Positions 20,148 through 30,151 of a stretch of DNA of 64,000 nt are shown in pieces. The notes under the pieces were generated by a model. That model did not search any database. It was not told the DNA's origin and saw only the letters and a program-made list of their open reading frames with translations. Positions within the stretch are counted from its first letter, which is position 1; the number at the start of each line of letters is the position of its first letter. The position numbers and the translations under genes were made by a program. The DNA comes from Acidimicrobiia bacterium (GTDB lineage: Bacteria > Actinomycetota > Acidimicrobiia > Spongiisociales > UBA5794): contig JASJDZ010000003.1 of the NCBI GenBank assembly GCA_030065575.1, positions 1,562 to 65,561 of the forward strand. Reading direction: 5' to 3'.

Positions 20148-21455
20148 TCATTGACCCCGGTATTCGTTGAGCATATCGAACATCATGTCGGCACCGGGCT
20201 CGAGCGCAGCGACGGGGATACGCTCGTCTGCTGCGTGGGCCAGCTCCTGGAACGCAAAGCCATCGGGGAGCAGCAGCGGCGTGAATCCGTAGGGCTGGAT
20301 CCCCAGCTCGGCGAACCACCTCCCGTCGGTAGCGGCCGGCATCAGGAACGGTATCGGAACCCCGTCGGGATCGCGACGCTTGACCACATCGGCAAGCAGT
20401 GGGAAGAGGCCCATGTCCGGTTCCCTTGGACCGAGCTTGCCATCGACTGCGTAGCCGACGTCAACGTCTGGGCCGACGATGCGACGCAACTCGGCTGCCA
20501 TCTCCTCCGGGTTGCTCGATGGCACCATTCGCCCATCCAAGGTCAGCCTGATCTCGGCCGGGACAACATTGTGCTTCTTGCCACCGCGAACGATGGTCGG
20601 ACTCACGGTGTTCCGAAACACCGGCTCGAGCACGCCGAGCTGACCGGGCAGGAGCCGGAACGCCGCATCTGCGGTTCGCTCGTTAAGAAGCAAGCGCAGC
20701 GCCCTTTGCGTGATGCCCGTCGTGTGCTCCACCATCCCCTCGACCATGAGACGGGTCGCTGCGCTGATGTGGACGGGCATACGCTTGCGCTCCAGGGCCG
20801 TGAGAGTCTTGCCCAGCCGCGCCATGGCCGCGCCGCGACGCGGCAGCGAGCCATGTCCTCCCTCAGCGGTGATCGCCAGCTCGAACCTGACGCTCAGTCG
20901 CTCTGCGACCTGAATCGGATAGAAACGGGTTCCGCCGATAGGCATCGGGAACCCCCCAAACTCCCCGATGCAGTACTTCACATCGGCAAAGTGCTCCGGG
21001 TGGTTCTCAACCAGGTATTTCGCCCCGAAGTATCCGCTGTTCTCCTCGTCCGACAGTACAGCCAGCACCACGTCCCCGGCCGGGGGCGAATCTGAGAGAG
21101 CGAGACGGACGAAAGCATGGACCATCATCACCACGGCGCCCTTCATATCGAGCGTGCCGCGACCCCACAGGAAGCCGTCGATGATCTCGCCTCCGAAGGG
21201 GTCGTGCGCCCAGGCCTGGTCGGCGGTGGTGACAACATCAACGTGCCCCTGCATCAGCAATGCAGGGGCCTCTCCCCTTCCCGGAATACGGGCAATGAGG
21301 TTGGGGCGTTCCGGGTCCCTGCTGAGGACTGTCATCTCGACACCTGCGGTCTCGATGATGCCCTGCAGCATGCTGACAGCGGCCGCCTCATTCCCCGGCG
21401 GATTAGTGGTATCCAGCCGGACGAGATCCTGAAGGACAGCGACAGGGTCGAACAT
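20148..21455 (-). CDS. M20/M25/M40 family metallo-hydrolase
   Basis: GHVDVV, GRGTLDMKG, DEE, AHAADE. Confidence 0.92.
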   Translation of the reverse strand: MFDPVAVLQDLVRLDTTNPPGNEAAAVSMLQGIIETAGVEMTVLSRDPERPNLIARIPGRGEAPALLMQGHVDVVTTADQAWAHDPFGGEIIDGFLWGRGTLDMKGAVVMMVHAFVRLALSDSPPAGDVVLAVLSDEENSGYFGAKYLVENHPEHFADVKYCIGEFGGFPMPIGGTRFYPIQVAERLSVRFELAITAEGGHGSLPRRGAAMARLGKTLTALERKRMPVHISAATRLMVEGMVEHTTGITQRALRLLLNERTADAAFRLLPGQLGVLEPVFRNTVSPTIVRGGKKHNVVPAEIRLTLDGRMVPSSNPEEMAAELRRIVGPDVDVGYAVDGKLGPREPDMGLFPLLADVVKRRDPDGVPIPFLMPAATDGRWFAELGIQPYGFTPLLLPDGFAFQELAHAADERIPVAALEPGADMMFDMLNEYRGQ

Positions 21456-22690
21456 CAAGCAGCCCCGATCACGGCGTCAGTAGTGGTTCGTTCCCAGAGC
21501 TTCTGGAACCGGCCAATGACCCAGAACAGAAGCGGGATGAGAGCCAGGCTGCCGAGACCAAACACGCGGAACAGCGACGGAAACCCCACGTTGTCGGAGA
21601 GGGCCGTCGCCACTCCATCGCCACCGCCGATGCCGATGTTCGACATCGTCTGCAAGATGGCAAACATCGAAGCAGCGATCCTCGTGTCGGTGATTCCCAT
21701 CGAAAGGGTGACGTAGGTGGTCCACTGCAGCCCGACTGCGATACCCCAGATTGCCGCCACCGCGATGATGGCTCCTTCCGATTCGATCGTGCTGAACATC
21801 AGGCCACCCATGGCTACAGCGGCCAAGGTTGCGGTGGCGGCGAAGCGTCGACCGAACTTGTGCACCATTGTTGACAGCGTGACAGCACCTATGACCATGC
21901 CGACACCCTTCAGAGTGCCATAGAGCCCGATCCGCCCCGCAGAAGAGTCGAGGGTGTCCGACATGTAGTACGTGACGAGCCCGTCGATGCCTTGGAAGAA
22001 GAACCAGGCGAAGATCAACGTCAGGCTGTAGACGAGATAGCGCGGCTGCAGCATGACGCGAAAGGCCCGCCTGTCAAAGGAATGTGCCGGCGTTCGCTCC
22101 GCCGGCTCCTGAACCCGACCAACCCACCACAGCGGAATCAGCAGCAATCCCGCTATGACGAGGAAGATCGACTGGTAGCCGACGGCATCGGCAATCCATC
22201 CAAAGACGATCGAAACCGCTACGACCCCGACGGCACGGCCTCCGGTCATCCACGCCTGCACGGTGCTGTGGTCGTCGGGGACAACGACGTCGACGGCAAG
22301 GGCGTCGGCAGTCGTGTCGAACAGCGCCATGAAGAAGGTGGCGATCAGCACCATTGCCGCCAGGACTCCGAAGCTCTCCGACGGATCAACGAAGAAGGCA
22401 ACCGCAAAAGCAATCGAAGTTGAGGTGACCCCGATTGCCATGTACGGCACGCGGTGGCCGCGGCCGAAGAGGTTGTACTTGTCGGAAATCAGCCCGTACA
22501 GCCACTTGATGATGAACGGCAGCAATGCAAGAGAGGCAACAATGGCGATACGGTCCGGGTCAATTCCCTCCTCGTCCATGTGCGGCTTGAAGAAGTTGAG
22601 CTGGTAGGCCTGGATGACGCCCTGGACGAAGTAGAGCGCTCCAAACATCGTGAACAGCTGCTTGCGGCTGAGGTTTACGTCCAAGTCCAT
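21455..22690 (-). CDS. MFS transporter (AmpG/BT1-like)
   Basis: About 12 TM helices; LYFVQG, LPFIIKWLYG..SD, D...DALAV motifs. Confidence 0.88.
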   Translation of the reverse strand: MDLDVNLSRKQLFTMFGALYFVQGVIQAYQLNFFKPHMDEEGIDPDRIAIVASLALLPFIIKWLYGLISDKYNLFGRGHRVPYMAIGVTSTSIAFAVAFFVDPSESFGVLAAMVLIATFFMALFDTTADALAVDVVVPDDHSTVQAWMTGGRAVGVVAVSIVFGWIADAVGYQSIFLVIAGLLLIPLWWVGRVQEPAERTPAHSFDRRAFRVMLQPRYLVYSLTLIFAWFFFQGIDGLVTYYMSDTLDSSAGRIGLYGTLKGVGMVIGAVTLSTMVHKFGRRFAATATLAAVAMGGLMFSTIESEGAIIAVAAIWGIAVGLQWTTYVTLSMGITDTRIAASMFAILQTMSNIGIGGGDGVATALSDNVGFPSLFRVFGLGSLALIPLLFWVIGRFQKLWERTTTDAVIGAA

Positions 22691-22790
22691 CCTCTCGATC
22701 GCGATTGGAGAATAGGCGGACAGGTTGGCTCAGGACGATCAGCAACCCGGCTCGCTCATGAAGGCGAGGAGGAGGCGATATCCTCTGCCC

Positions 22791-22880
22791 ATGCAAACCC
22801 GTTATCTACTTGTCGCCTCGGTGATCACCGGCATCGTCATCCTGGTGGCGGCAGCGGTATGGATGGCGACACGCCTGTGA
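22791..22880 (+). CDS. 29-aa single-TM small protein MQTRYLLVASVITGIVILVAAAVWMATRL
   Basis: -10 TATCCT 6 nt before the ATG; hydrophobic helix; GTGA stop/start overlap with the next gene. Confidence 0.65.
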   Translation: MQTRYLLVASVITGIVILVAAAVWMATRL

Positions 22881-23521
22881 TCAGGGTCTCCGCGTCTGTG
22901 AGCCTGGAATCCCAGTGGGACCGTCCCGATGAGCCCGACCGCGGAGTTGTTCTGTGTCATCCCCATCCGCTTCACGGCGGAACGATGCGCGTTCCCCTCA
23001 TGGCGGCGATCGCCGCCGACCTCGTCGCTCGCAATGTTGCCGTCCTACGGTTCAACTTCCGTGGCGTTGGCCGCTCTACCGGCAGTCACGATGCCGGGCT
23101 CGCCGAAATCGACGACGTTGCGGCAGCTCTGAGCCACGCCCGTGAGGCCCATCCGGATCTGGAGTTTGGCGTCGCAGGCTGGTCGTTCGGAGCTGCCACC
23201 GCATTGCGCTGGCACGCCCGCGACCGGGCGGAAGAGAACTACGTTGGCATCGCTCCCGGCATCGGGCCGAATGCCGGCCAGCGCCTGCCCGATCCAGAGT
23301 CGCTTCATTCGGCAACTCGAACTTTCATCGTCGGCGAGCGTGACCAGCTCGTTCCTGCCGACCTCGTCGTCGACTACGCAGATCGAGCCGGAGCCACGGT
23401 GCACGTGCTCCAGGGAAGCGACCACTTCTTCTACTTCCGCGAGCAGAAGGTCGCTTGTCTCCTCGCCGCCGGCCTCGGGATTCCCATCCCCGCCGCGCAG
23501 ATCCGCGCCTCCTGCGAGTGA
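22877..23521 (+). CDS. Alpha/beta hydrolase
   Basis: CHPHPLHGGTM, LRFNFRGVG.S.G, GWSFG nucleophile elbow, D..V, DHFF. Confidence 0.9.
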   Translation: MIRVSASVSLESQWDRPDEPDRGVVLCHPHPLHGGTMRVPLMAAIAADLVARNVAVLRFNFRGVGRSTGSHDAGLAEIDDVAAALSHAREAHPDLEFGVAGWSFGAATALRWHARDRAEENYVGIAPGIGPNAGQRLPDPESLHSATRTFIVGERDQLVPADLVVDYADRAGATVHVLQGSDHFFYFREQKVACLLAAGLGIPIPAAQIRASCE

Positions 23522-23562
23522 ACCATGTTTCCTGCGTAACCGACGGCAACACCCTGCGCCGG

Positions 23563-24420
23563 CTATGCCAATTCGGGAGGCAGACCCAGCAGGCGGCTGA
23601 TGTTGTCTACCAGTACTGCCCGATTGACCTCATCGGGTAGCCCAAGTGACGCCCACTCGGCGAGCCAGGCGTCCGGGTTGCCGAACGGGTAGTCGCTGCC
23701 GAAGTGGACTCGCTCTCGAAGCGAACCTCGGATCAGATCCAGCAGCTGCGGGCTCATCGCCTTGGGCGAAACTCCAGAGAGACACAAATGGACATTGCCC
23801 TTGTGCAGCGTGATGGCCAGGGCTTCATCAAGCCAGAGAGGTCCGGTGTGGGCAAGAACCACCTTCATCTCGGGGTACGCGGCCGCCAGCCGATCAGCGT
23901 GGATGGGGCGGGCCGGCTCGAGAGAGACGCCGCCACCTCCGTCGAGACCTGCACCCAGCCGCGTGAACCCGGTATGGATGAGCACGATCAGCCCGTGTTC
24001 GACAGCCGTCTCCCAGAGCTGTCGACTATCTCGCTCTGAGGGAGCCACCTGTTCCGAGGCGGGATGAAACGCAAGCCCGGCCAGACCGAGTCGTGCCGCC
24101 TGGTGAACCGCAGCAACCGCACCGGCGCCTCCCGTAGGCTCGACGGCGCCAAACCCCCAGAAGACATCGGGAGCGGCGTCAACCAGTGCCCTAATCTGGA
24201 CGTTGCCAAGGCTGCGGTATCCGCTCGCCGGCCGGCTGTTCCATCCCAGCAAGATGGCTTTGGCATCCCTACTGCGATAGAAATCGGCTAGCTCCTCGGG
24301 TGATTGGGGACCGATGGCCTCGCCGAGGTGATTGCGGAGCCCATCGATGTATGGCCCCATTGGGCCCTCGAGAAACCCGACAACGGGGGGATGGACGTGA
24401 GCATCGATGAACCGCGTCAC
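23563..24420 (-). CDS. Amidohydrolase_2 family protein
   Basis: IDAHVH, IHTG, LAH.G, FGSDYP. Confidence 0.9.
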   Translation of the reverse strand: MTRFIDAHVHPPVVGFLEGPMGPYIDGLRNHLGEAIGPQSPEELADFYRSRDAKAILLGWNSRPASGYRSLGNVQIRALVDAAPDVFWGFGAVEPTGGAGAVAAVHQAARLGLAGLAFHPASEQVAPSERDSRQLWETAVEHGLIVLIHTGFTRLGAGLDGGGGVSLEPARPIHADRLAAAYPEMKVVLAHTGPLWLDEALAITLHKGNVHLCLSGVSPKAMSPQLLDLIRGSLRERVHFGSDYPFGNPDAWLAEWASLGLPDEVNRAVLVDNISRLLGLPPELA

Positions 24421-24620
24421 GCCGGTCGAAACCCTCGGTTGCGCGCCTCTGCGAGCGTGTCCGGGGCAAAACTCTGCACCAGATTTCGCCCCAGTAGCCC
24501 CTCGTCGGCAAAGCGTTGCTGGACGACTGACAACGACGACTCGTCATCACAGTCGTACACGCGCATATCGTCCCGGGTTCCCACGAAACGGTGTTCGGCA
24601 AAGCGCTCAAGTCGGCTCAC
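24417..24620 (-). CDS. Small conserved hypothetical protein
   Basis: RBS AGGAGA before GTG; F.PDTLAEARNRGF motif; GTGA overlap with the amidohydrolase gene. Confidence 0.7.
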   Translation of the reverse strand: MSRLERFAEHRFVGTRDDMRVYDCDDESSLSVVQQRFADEGLLGRNLVQSFAPDTLAEARNRGFRPA

Positions 24621-24688
24621 GACATCTCCTACGAAATCAAGATCCAACCACAGTGTAGGAGTCAGGTCGGAGCGGCCGTCACCAGGCG

Positions 24689-25114
24689 CTACGGCACGTT
24701 GTACCGAACAACGGCCTGACTGATGCCCTGCATGGGCTCGGTCAGATCGATGGTTCCTCTTGCAGAGTCCATGGTGAACACGATCAGCCAGCCGTCGTCG
24801 GTTGCCTCGGAGCTGACGACGGCGAACCCACCCTGAGCAAGGGATTGATTGAAGAACTCGGCGCTGATCCCCAACTCGGCGCTGATTCGCACAATGGCCT
24901 CGGTGAATCCGGTCTTGTTGACAACCATGGTCGATCCGACTGCGCTCCCGGCCGGGAGCGGGAACCCGTCTGGAATTGTCTCCGGCAACGATCCTTCGCC
25001 AAACACGACGTCATCGCCGGGGGCAACACCCTCGGTTGTGGTTGTCCCCTGGTCGTCGCTGCAACCGGCGCCGAGCAGCGCGATCGCAATCACCACGAGG
25101 ATTCGCCACCTCAT
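24689..25114 (-). CDS. Hypothetical lipoprotein
   Basis: Lipobox-like LGAGC; RBS AGGAGG; P.GFPLP motif. Confidence 0.8.
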   Translation of the reverse strand: MRWRILVVIAIALLGAGCSDDQGTTTTEGVAPGDDVVFGEGSLPETIPDGFPLPAGSAVGSTMVVNKTGFTEAIVRISAELGISAEFFNQSLAQGGFAVVSSEATDDGWLIVFTMDSARGTIDLTEPMQGISQAVVRYNVP

Positions 25115-25325
25115 TGTCTGCCTCCTGATACTGGTGCAAGCGGTCCGCGAGTGTACTTCGGCGGCGATTTAGCGATGCAATCTCGTCATCGGCTCGCCAA
25201 TCGGAAGAACCGCCACGGTGCGCACCCCGGGATCGGCCCGCCAGTCCGGCACAGTCGACGGGGTGAGAGCAAACCAGATCGCCAGGGTGACCTGGCCGAG
25301 GAGCCGATGCCGCCGGTATCGCCGG

Positions 25326-26972
25326 CTAGACGCGCGGGGGTTCGCGGTAGCCACCGAACACCTCCCTCATCGCCCCAACGATCTCACCCAGCGTGGCCCC
25401 GACCCGAGCCGCAGCAATGGTCGGCTCCATCAGGTTCACGTCGCTACGGGCCCCGGTACGGAGAGCGGCCAGGGCGGCATCTACCGCCTCGCTGTCCCGC
25501 TTGCGGCGCAGGCGAGCCAGCCTTGCTCGCTGCGCAGTCTCGATCTCTTCGCTAACGCGCAGGATGTCCAGCGGTTCGTCGTTGTCGTTCACATGCTTGT
25601 TGACGCCGACGATCACTCGTTCTCCGCTGCTGAGCGCTTTCTCAAACTCATATGCGGAGTCAGCCAGCGCCGACTGGAACCAACCCTCTTCGATGCCATG
25701 CAGCACCCCGTCCAACATCGAGCCGCTCCCCATGCGATCGATGGTGGCGAAGATCTCCTCAGCCTGCGCCTCGATCCGATCAGTCATCTGCTCAACAAAC
25801 CACGACCCGCCGAGCGGATCGATAGTCGCGGCCACGCCGGTCTCCTCCGCAATGACCTGCTGGGTGCGCAGTGCCAGTTCAGCGCTCCTCGCCGTCGGCA
25901 GAGCGAATACCTCATCCATTGCGTTGGTGTGAAGGCTCTGCGTCCCACCGAGGACCGCAGCCAACGCCTCAACCGCGGTTCGCACGATGTTGTTCTCGGG
26001 CTGCTGGGCAGTCAGAGAAACTCCGGCCGTCTGGGTGTGAAAGCGCAACATCAGCGAGCGATCAGACTGCGCCCCGTAGCGGTCGCGCATCCACCTCGCC
26101 CAGATCCGTCGTGCGGCACGGAACTTGCCTATCTCCTCGAAGAAGTCAATGTGCGCATCGAAGAAGAACGAGAGTCGGGGGACAAACTCTTCGATGTCGA
26201 GGCCACGACGCAAACACGCCTCGACATACGCAAAGCCGTCGGCGAGGGTGAAGGCGAGTTCCTGGGCCGCGGTCGCCCCCGCCTCCCTGATGTGATAGCC
26301 CGAAATCGAGATTGTGTTCCACTCCGGGACTTCGCGTCCGCAGAACTCGATCATGTCGACGATCAGCCGGAGATGCGGCTCCGGGGGGAAGATCCATTCC
26401 TTCTGGGCGATGTACTCCTTGAGGATGTCGTTCTGCAGCGTGCCCCGGAGCTGCTTCCAATCGACGCCCTGCTCCTCGGCGGCAACGAGAAGGAACGCAA
26501 ACAGGACCTCTGCCGGGCCGTTGATCGTCATCGACACCGAAACATCACGCAGCGGAATCTGATCGAACAGCTCGATCATGTCCGCAGCAGACGAGACCGC
26601 AACTCCGCAGTGACCCACTTCACCAAGCGCATGCGGGTCGTCGGCGTCGAGACCCATCAAGGTTGGCATGTCGAATGCAACCGACAGGCCGCCCTGGCCG
26701 GCTTCGAGTAAGTGCCGAAAGCGCTCATTCGTCTCAGCCACTGATGCGAATCCGGCGAATTGGCGCATCGTCCAGAGGCGCCCCCGGTAGCCGGTCGCAT
26801 GAACGCCCCGGGTGAATGGGTACCGGCCGGGAAAGCCGATACGTTCGGGCACCGGGCCATCCTCGGGAACCCCTAGCGGGGAGACCCCTTCAAACGAGAT
26901 GGTGCGAAAACGGTCTAGTCGCTTGCGACCGTCCCGGTACTCCTTCTCCCACTCGGCTCGGCCGTCAGACAT
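25326..26972 (-). CDS. icmA: B12-dependent acyl-CoA mutase large subunit, isobutyryl-CoA mutase-like
   Basis: GRYPFTRG, RQFAGF (Phe where MCM has Tyr), QNDILKEYIAQ (Gln where MCM has Arg), GYHIRE; no B12-binding domain. Confidence 0.8.
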   Translation of the reverse strand: MSDGRAEWEKEYRDGRKRLDRFRTISFEGVSPLGVPEDGPVPERIGFPGRYPFTRGVHATGYRGRLWTMRQFAGFASVAETNERFRHLLEAGQGGLSVAFDMPTLMGLDADDPHALGEVGHCGVAVSSAADMIELFDQIPLRDVSVSMTINGPAEVLFAFLLVAAEEQGVDWKQLRGTLQNDILKEYIAQKEWIFPPEPHLRLIVDMIEFCGREVPEWNTISISGYHIREAGATAAQELAFTLADGFAYVEACLRRGLDIEEFVPRLSFFFDAHIDFFEEIGKFRAARRIWARWMRDRYGAQSDRSLMLRFHTQTAGVSLTAQQPENNIVRTAVEALAAVLGGTQSLHTNAMDEVFALPTARSAELALRTQQVIAEETGVAATIDPLGGSWFVEQMTDRIEAQAEEIFATIDRMGSGSMLDGVLHGIEEGWFQSALADSAYEFEKALSSGERVIVGVNKHVNDNDEPLDILRVSEEIETAQRARLARLRRKRDSEAVDAALAALRTGARSDVNLMEPTIAAARVGATLGEIVGAMREVFGGYREPPRV

Positions 26973-27405
26973 CGCCTAATCCCATTTTGTCGCGCTCGTC
27001 ATCTGCCACCGGTCGGGCGAGCGCCCCAATCGATTCCATATACGCAGCCTGCAACTGCATGACCTCTGCAACTACTTCCCGCTCGTACTCAAAGCCCTGC
27101 CGGTTGGTCTGCTCGAGGACGTAATCGATGGCCGCACCGCCGCCGAGAACCACGACCTGCTCGGAGTCGGCACCCAGCCGATCCTGCAAGAACTTCATCT
27201 CCCATTCCAGGATGCGCCTGACACTCCTCGCACCGATCTTCTCCCGGGTGGTCTCCGAAAGCCGGGGCGTGATGTACTTGATCGAGTCCTCCACCCCGTA
27301 GGAGACAGCCGCGCCGGGCAGGCGTATCGATCCTTGCCAGTAGAACGCAAGCCCGACAATCGCAAGTAGGACAAGAAGCCCGAGCGCAAACAGGAACGCT
27401 GCCAT
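26965..27405 (-). CDS. Hypothetical membrane-anchored protein
   Basis: N-terminal TM; overlaps the mutase start; Y..SIGA.. C-terminal motif. Confidence 0.75.
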   Translation of the reverse strand: MAAFLFALGLLVLLAIVGLAFYWQGSIRLPGAAVSYGVEDSIKYITPRLSETTREKIGARSVRRILEWEMKFLQDRLGADSEQVVVLGGGAAIDYVLEQTNRQGFEYEREVVAEVMQLQAAYMESIGALARPVADDERDKMGLGDV

Positions 27406-27498
27406 GTCGAAGAATGCTACCGCCGACCCAACGCTGTGGGGCTGTGTTTACTCGTATCGGTCGAACCCATTTAGTCTTGCACCGCCTGAAGGAGGGCA

Positions 27499-28056
27499 AT
27501 GCTCGACCTAGCAACGATGAAACTGTTCTTCGCCTTGCTCACCGTGGTGGCGAATATCGCCGTCATCGGTTACATCGGCGTGGCTCTCGGTTCGCGTCGG
27601 TCTCTCCGTCTCCGTGAAATCCGCAATCAGATCGAAGATGTGCTCCGGGGCTACGAGCTTTGGTTTGGGGCCGCAGTTGCGGGATTCGCCACGCTCGGCA
27701 GTCTCTATCTATCCGAGACGGCGAATCTGATCCCGTGCACCCTCTGCTGGTATCAGCGCATCGCCATGTACCCCCTGGCGCTGATTCTGGCCATCGCCGC
27801 ATTCCGGCGCGAGGGCATGATTCGGATCTATGCGAATGTGATCGCTGCCGTCGGTGCGGCTATCGCGGCATATCACTACCTCATTCAATGGTTCCCCAAT
27901 CTCGAAGGCACGAGCTGTACGACCTCGGTGCCCTGCACCGCCTTCTACTTCCGAGTATGGGATTTCATCTCGATCCCGTACATGGCATTGAGTGCGTTCC
28001 TCCTCGTACTGGTTCTCATGGTCGTGCTGCGCAGGAACGAATCAGCCCCGACCTAG
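27499..28056 (+). CDS. Disulfide bond formation protein, DsbB/BdbC family
   Basis: PCTLCWYQRIAMYPL, second Cys pair SC...PC, ISIPYMAL; RBS GGAGGG. Confidence 0.92.
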   Translation: MLDLATMKLFFALLTVVANIAVIGYIGVALGSRRSLRLREIRNQIEDVLRGYELWFGAAVAGFATLGSLYLSETANLIPCTLCWYQRIAMYPLALILAIAAFRREGMIRIYANVIAAVGAAIAAYHYLIQWFPNLEGTSCTTSVPCTAFYFRVWDFISIPYMALSAFLLVLVLMVVLRRNESAPT

Positions 28057-28071
28057 TCAACTGGAGATCTC

Positions 28072-28731
28072 GTGACCGTTAGTAGCTCGCCCCAGGAATC
28101 CAATCCCAACCGATCGAAGCTCATCGCCGCGGCGGCCTTTGCAGTTGTAGCCATCGCCCTCGTACTGGCCGTAGTGCTCTCCGGGTCTGGCGACGATGAG
28201 ACCGCAGCCGTAGCCGAGGTCGGCACTCCGACGGTGACGGGGAACCCGCTTCCCGAGGTGCCGAACAGCAATGTCGGTGACGCTGCGTCCGATCCTGCCT
28301 ACGGCCTACCGATCCCGGAGGTGCGTGGCCAGGATTTCGCCGGCGAACCGGTCGACATCTTGCGCAATGGGAACGCAAAGGCACTGCTCTTTGTCTCCCA
28401 CGGGTGCCCCCACTGCCAGGACGAGCTACCGGAAGTGCAGTCCTGGCTCAACGAAACCGGAGGCGTTGCCGGCGTCGAAATCATCGCCGTTTCGACCTCG
28501 GCCCGTCAGGTCTCGGGCAACTGGCCCCCTTCTGAATGGTTCGCTCGAGAGAACTGGACAAGCCCGGTGATCGCCGACGACGAGGAGCTGTCCGTGTTCT
28601 TCGGATACGGAGGGACGGTCATCCCCTACTGGGTCTTCGTGGATGCCGACGGCAATGTAACCCGTCGGATTTCCGGCCGCCTCGACGTTTCGCTGCTGGA
28701 GCTGGCCATGCTCGAGGCCCTGACCTCCTGA
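28072..28731 (+). CDS. Membrane-anchored TlpA/thioredoxin-like protein
   Basis: TM; HGCPHCQDELP; PYWVFVD. Confidence 0.88.
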   Translation: MTVSSSPQESNPNRSKLIAAAAFAVVAIALVLAVVLSGSGDDETAAVAEVGTPTVTGNPLPEVPNSNVGDAASDPAYGLPIPEVRGQDFAGEPVDILRNGNAKALLFVSHGCPHCQDELPEVQSWLNETGGVAGVEIIAVSTSARQVSGNWPPSEWFARENWTSPVIADDEELSVFFGYGGTVIPYWVFVDADGNVTRRISGRLDVSLLELAMLEALTS

Positions 28732-28815
28732 GCCCAGTTTTTGGCAGAACGTCGAAGTAGCCGGCGGGACGCGCCATCATATGGCCCCGGAAACAAAGGA
28801 AAGGGTCTCGAGTAG

Positions 28816-29490
28816 ATGACGACCAAGACGAAGGGCGCCCGCAAGAGCGCCGCAGCGAAGGCACCGGCCCCGAGCCGCAGGACCCCAGTCCTGCTGATTG
28901 CATTTGGCGCGGTTGCAGCTCTTCTCATCGTTGCCATTCTCGCCAGCGGCGACGAGCCCATCGGCAGTGGCGGCCAGTACGGCGATCCGGTCATCTCCGG
29001 AGAGGCTCTCCCGACCATGCCGTCGAACACCTCTGTCGTCCAAAACGATCCCGCCAACGGGATGATTGCTCCCGAGATCACGGGGCAAGACTTTGATGAC
29101 AGCACCGTATCGATCACCCACGACGGTACGCCCAAAGCCATCGTGTTCCTGGCGCACTGGTGCTCACACTGCCAGGTGGAAATGCCACGGGTGCAGCAGT
29201 GGCTCGACTCCGGCGGCGGGGTCGAAGGCGTCGAGATCATCTCGGTTACCTCGGCCGCCAGCTCCGGTCAGGTCAACTGGCCTCCGTCTGAGTGGTTGGA
29301 TCGAGAGGGATGGACCCAACCGAACATCCGTGACGACCAGGACTCGAGTGCTTTCCGAGCGTACGGGGGAAGCCCATTCCCCTACTGGGTGTTTCTCAAT
29401 GGCGATGGGACGGTAGCCCTCCGCATTGCCGGGCAGACCAGCATCGAAACGCTTGAACTGGCAATGGAGTCGTTGCAGCCCGCCGGCTGA
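28816..29490 (+). CDS. Membrane-anchored TlpA/thioredoxin-like protein (paralog)
   Basis: TM; HWCSHCQVEMP; NWPPSEW; PYWVFLN. Confidence 0.9.
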   Translation: MTTKTKGARKSAAAKAPAPSRRTPVLLIAFGAVAALLIVAILASGDEPIGSGGQYGDPVISGEALPTMPSNTSVVQNDPANGMIAPEITGQDFDDSTVSITHDGTPKAIVFLAHWCSHCQVEMPRVQQWLDSGGGVEGVEIISVTSAASSGQVNWPPSEWLDREGWTQPNIRDDQDSSAFRAYGGSPFPYWVFLNGDGTVALRIAGQTSIETLELAMESLQPAG

Positions 29491-29527
29491 TCGTGCGCTA
29501 GCCTCGGCGCAAAACTGGAAGGGTAAC

Positions 29528-30136
29528 GTGCCGTCGAACTGGCATTTCGAGAATGATCGGGTGCGCATCCGCAAGGCGGAAGTAGGCGACTTCGGAAACA
29601 ACACCTACACGGTGGCTTGCCGTGCCACCAACACCTCGATCATCGTTGACGCGGCAGCCGATCCGAACCTAGTGATCGCAAATGCTGCGGGCACGAGCCC
29701 CATCGCCATCGTCACCACTCACGGGCACGCCGACCACGTCGGTGCTGCCGAGGAGGTTTCGGACGAGTTGGGTATCCCGGTATTGCTTCACGCAGCCGAC
29801 CGCGAGATATCCCCTATCGAACCGGATGGTGACCTCAATCCCGGCCCATTTCCTATCGGAGATACCGTGGTTGAGTTGGTACACACCCCGGGGCATACCC
29901 CGGGATCGGTGGGCATGGTTACCCCCGGCGCAGCCATCACGGGAGACACCCTGTTTCCCGGCGGACCGGGCGCAACACGATTCCCCTACTCGGACTTCGA
30001 CCAGATCATGGAGAGCTTGGAACGTGAGTACTTCTCGCTCGGCGACGAGACGATCGTCATGCCGGGCCACGGTGCTGACACAACTATTGGAAACGAACGA
30101 CCGTCGCTTCCCGAGTGGCGGCGACGGCGCTGGTAG
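29528..30136 (+). CDS. MBL-fold metallo-hydrolase (glyoxalase II-like)
   Basis: THGHADHV, TPGHTPGS, GDTLFPGG, PGHG. Confidence 0.92.
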   Translation: MPSNWHFENDRVRIRKAEVGDFGNNTYTVACRATNTSIIVDAAADPNLVIANAAGTSPIAIVTTHGHADHVGAAEEVSDELGIPVLLHAADREISPIEPDGDLNPGPFPIGDTVVELVHTPGHTPGSVGMVTPGAAITGDTLFPGGPGATRFPYSDFDQIMESLEREYFSLGDETIVMPGHGADTTIGNERPSLPEWRRRRW

Positions 30137-30151
30137 CGCGAGGAGGCGACG

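Noticed and set aside
25115-25325. Cobalamin riboswitch or small ORF near the mutase
   Set aside because: No B12-box consensus seen; the 61-aa ORF overlaps the mutase end and lacks coding features
25218-26711. 497-aa + strand ORF
   Set aside because: Antisense shadow of the acyl-CoA mutase
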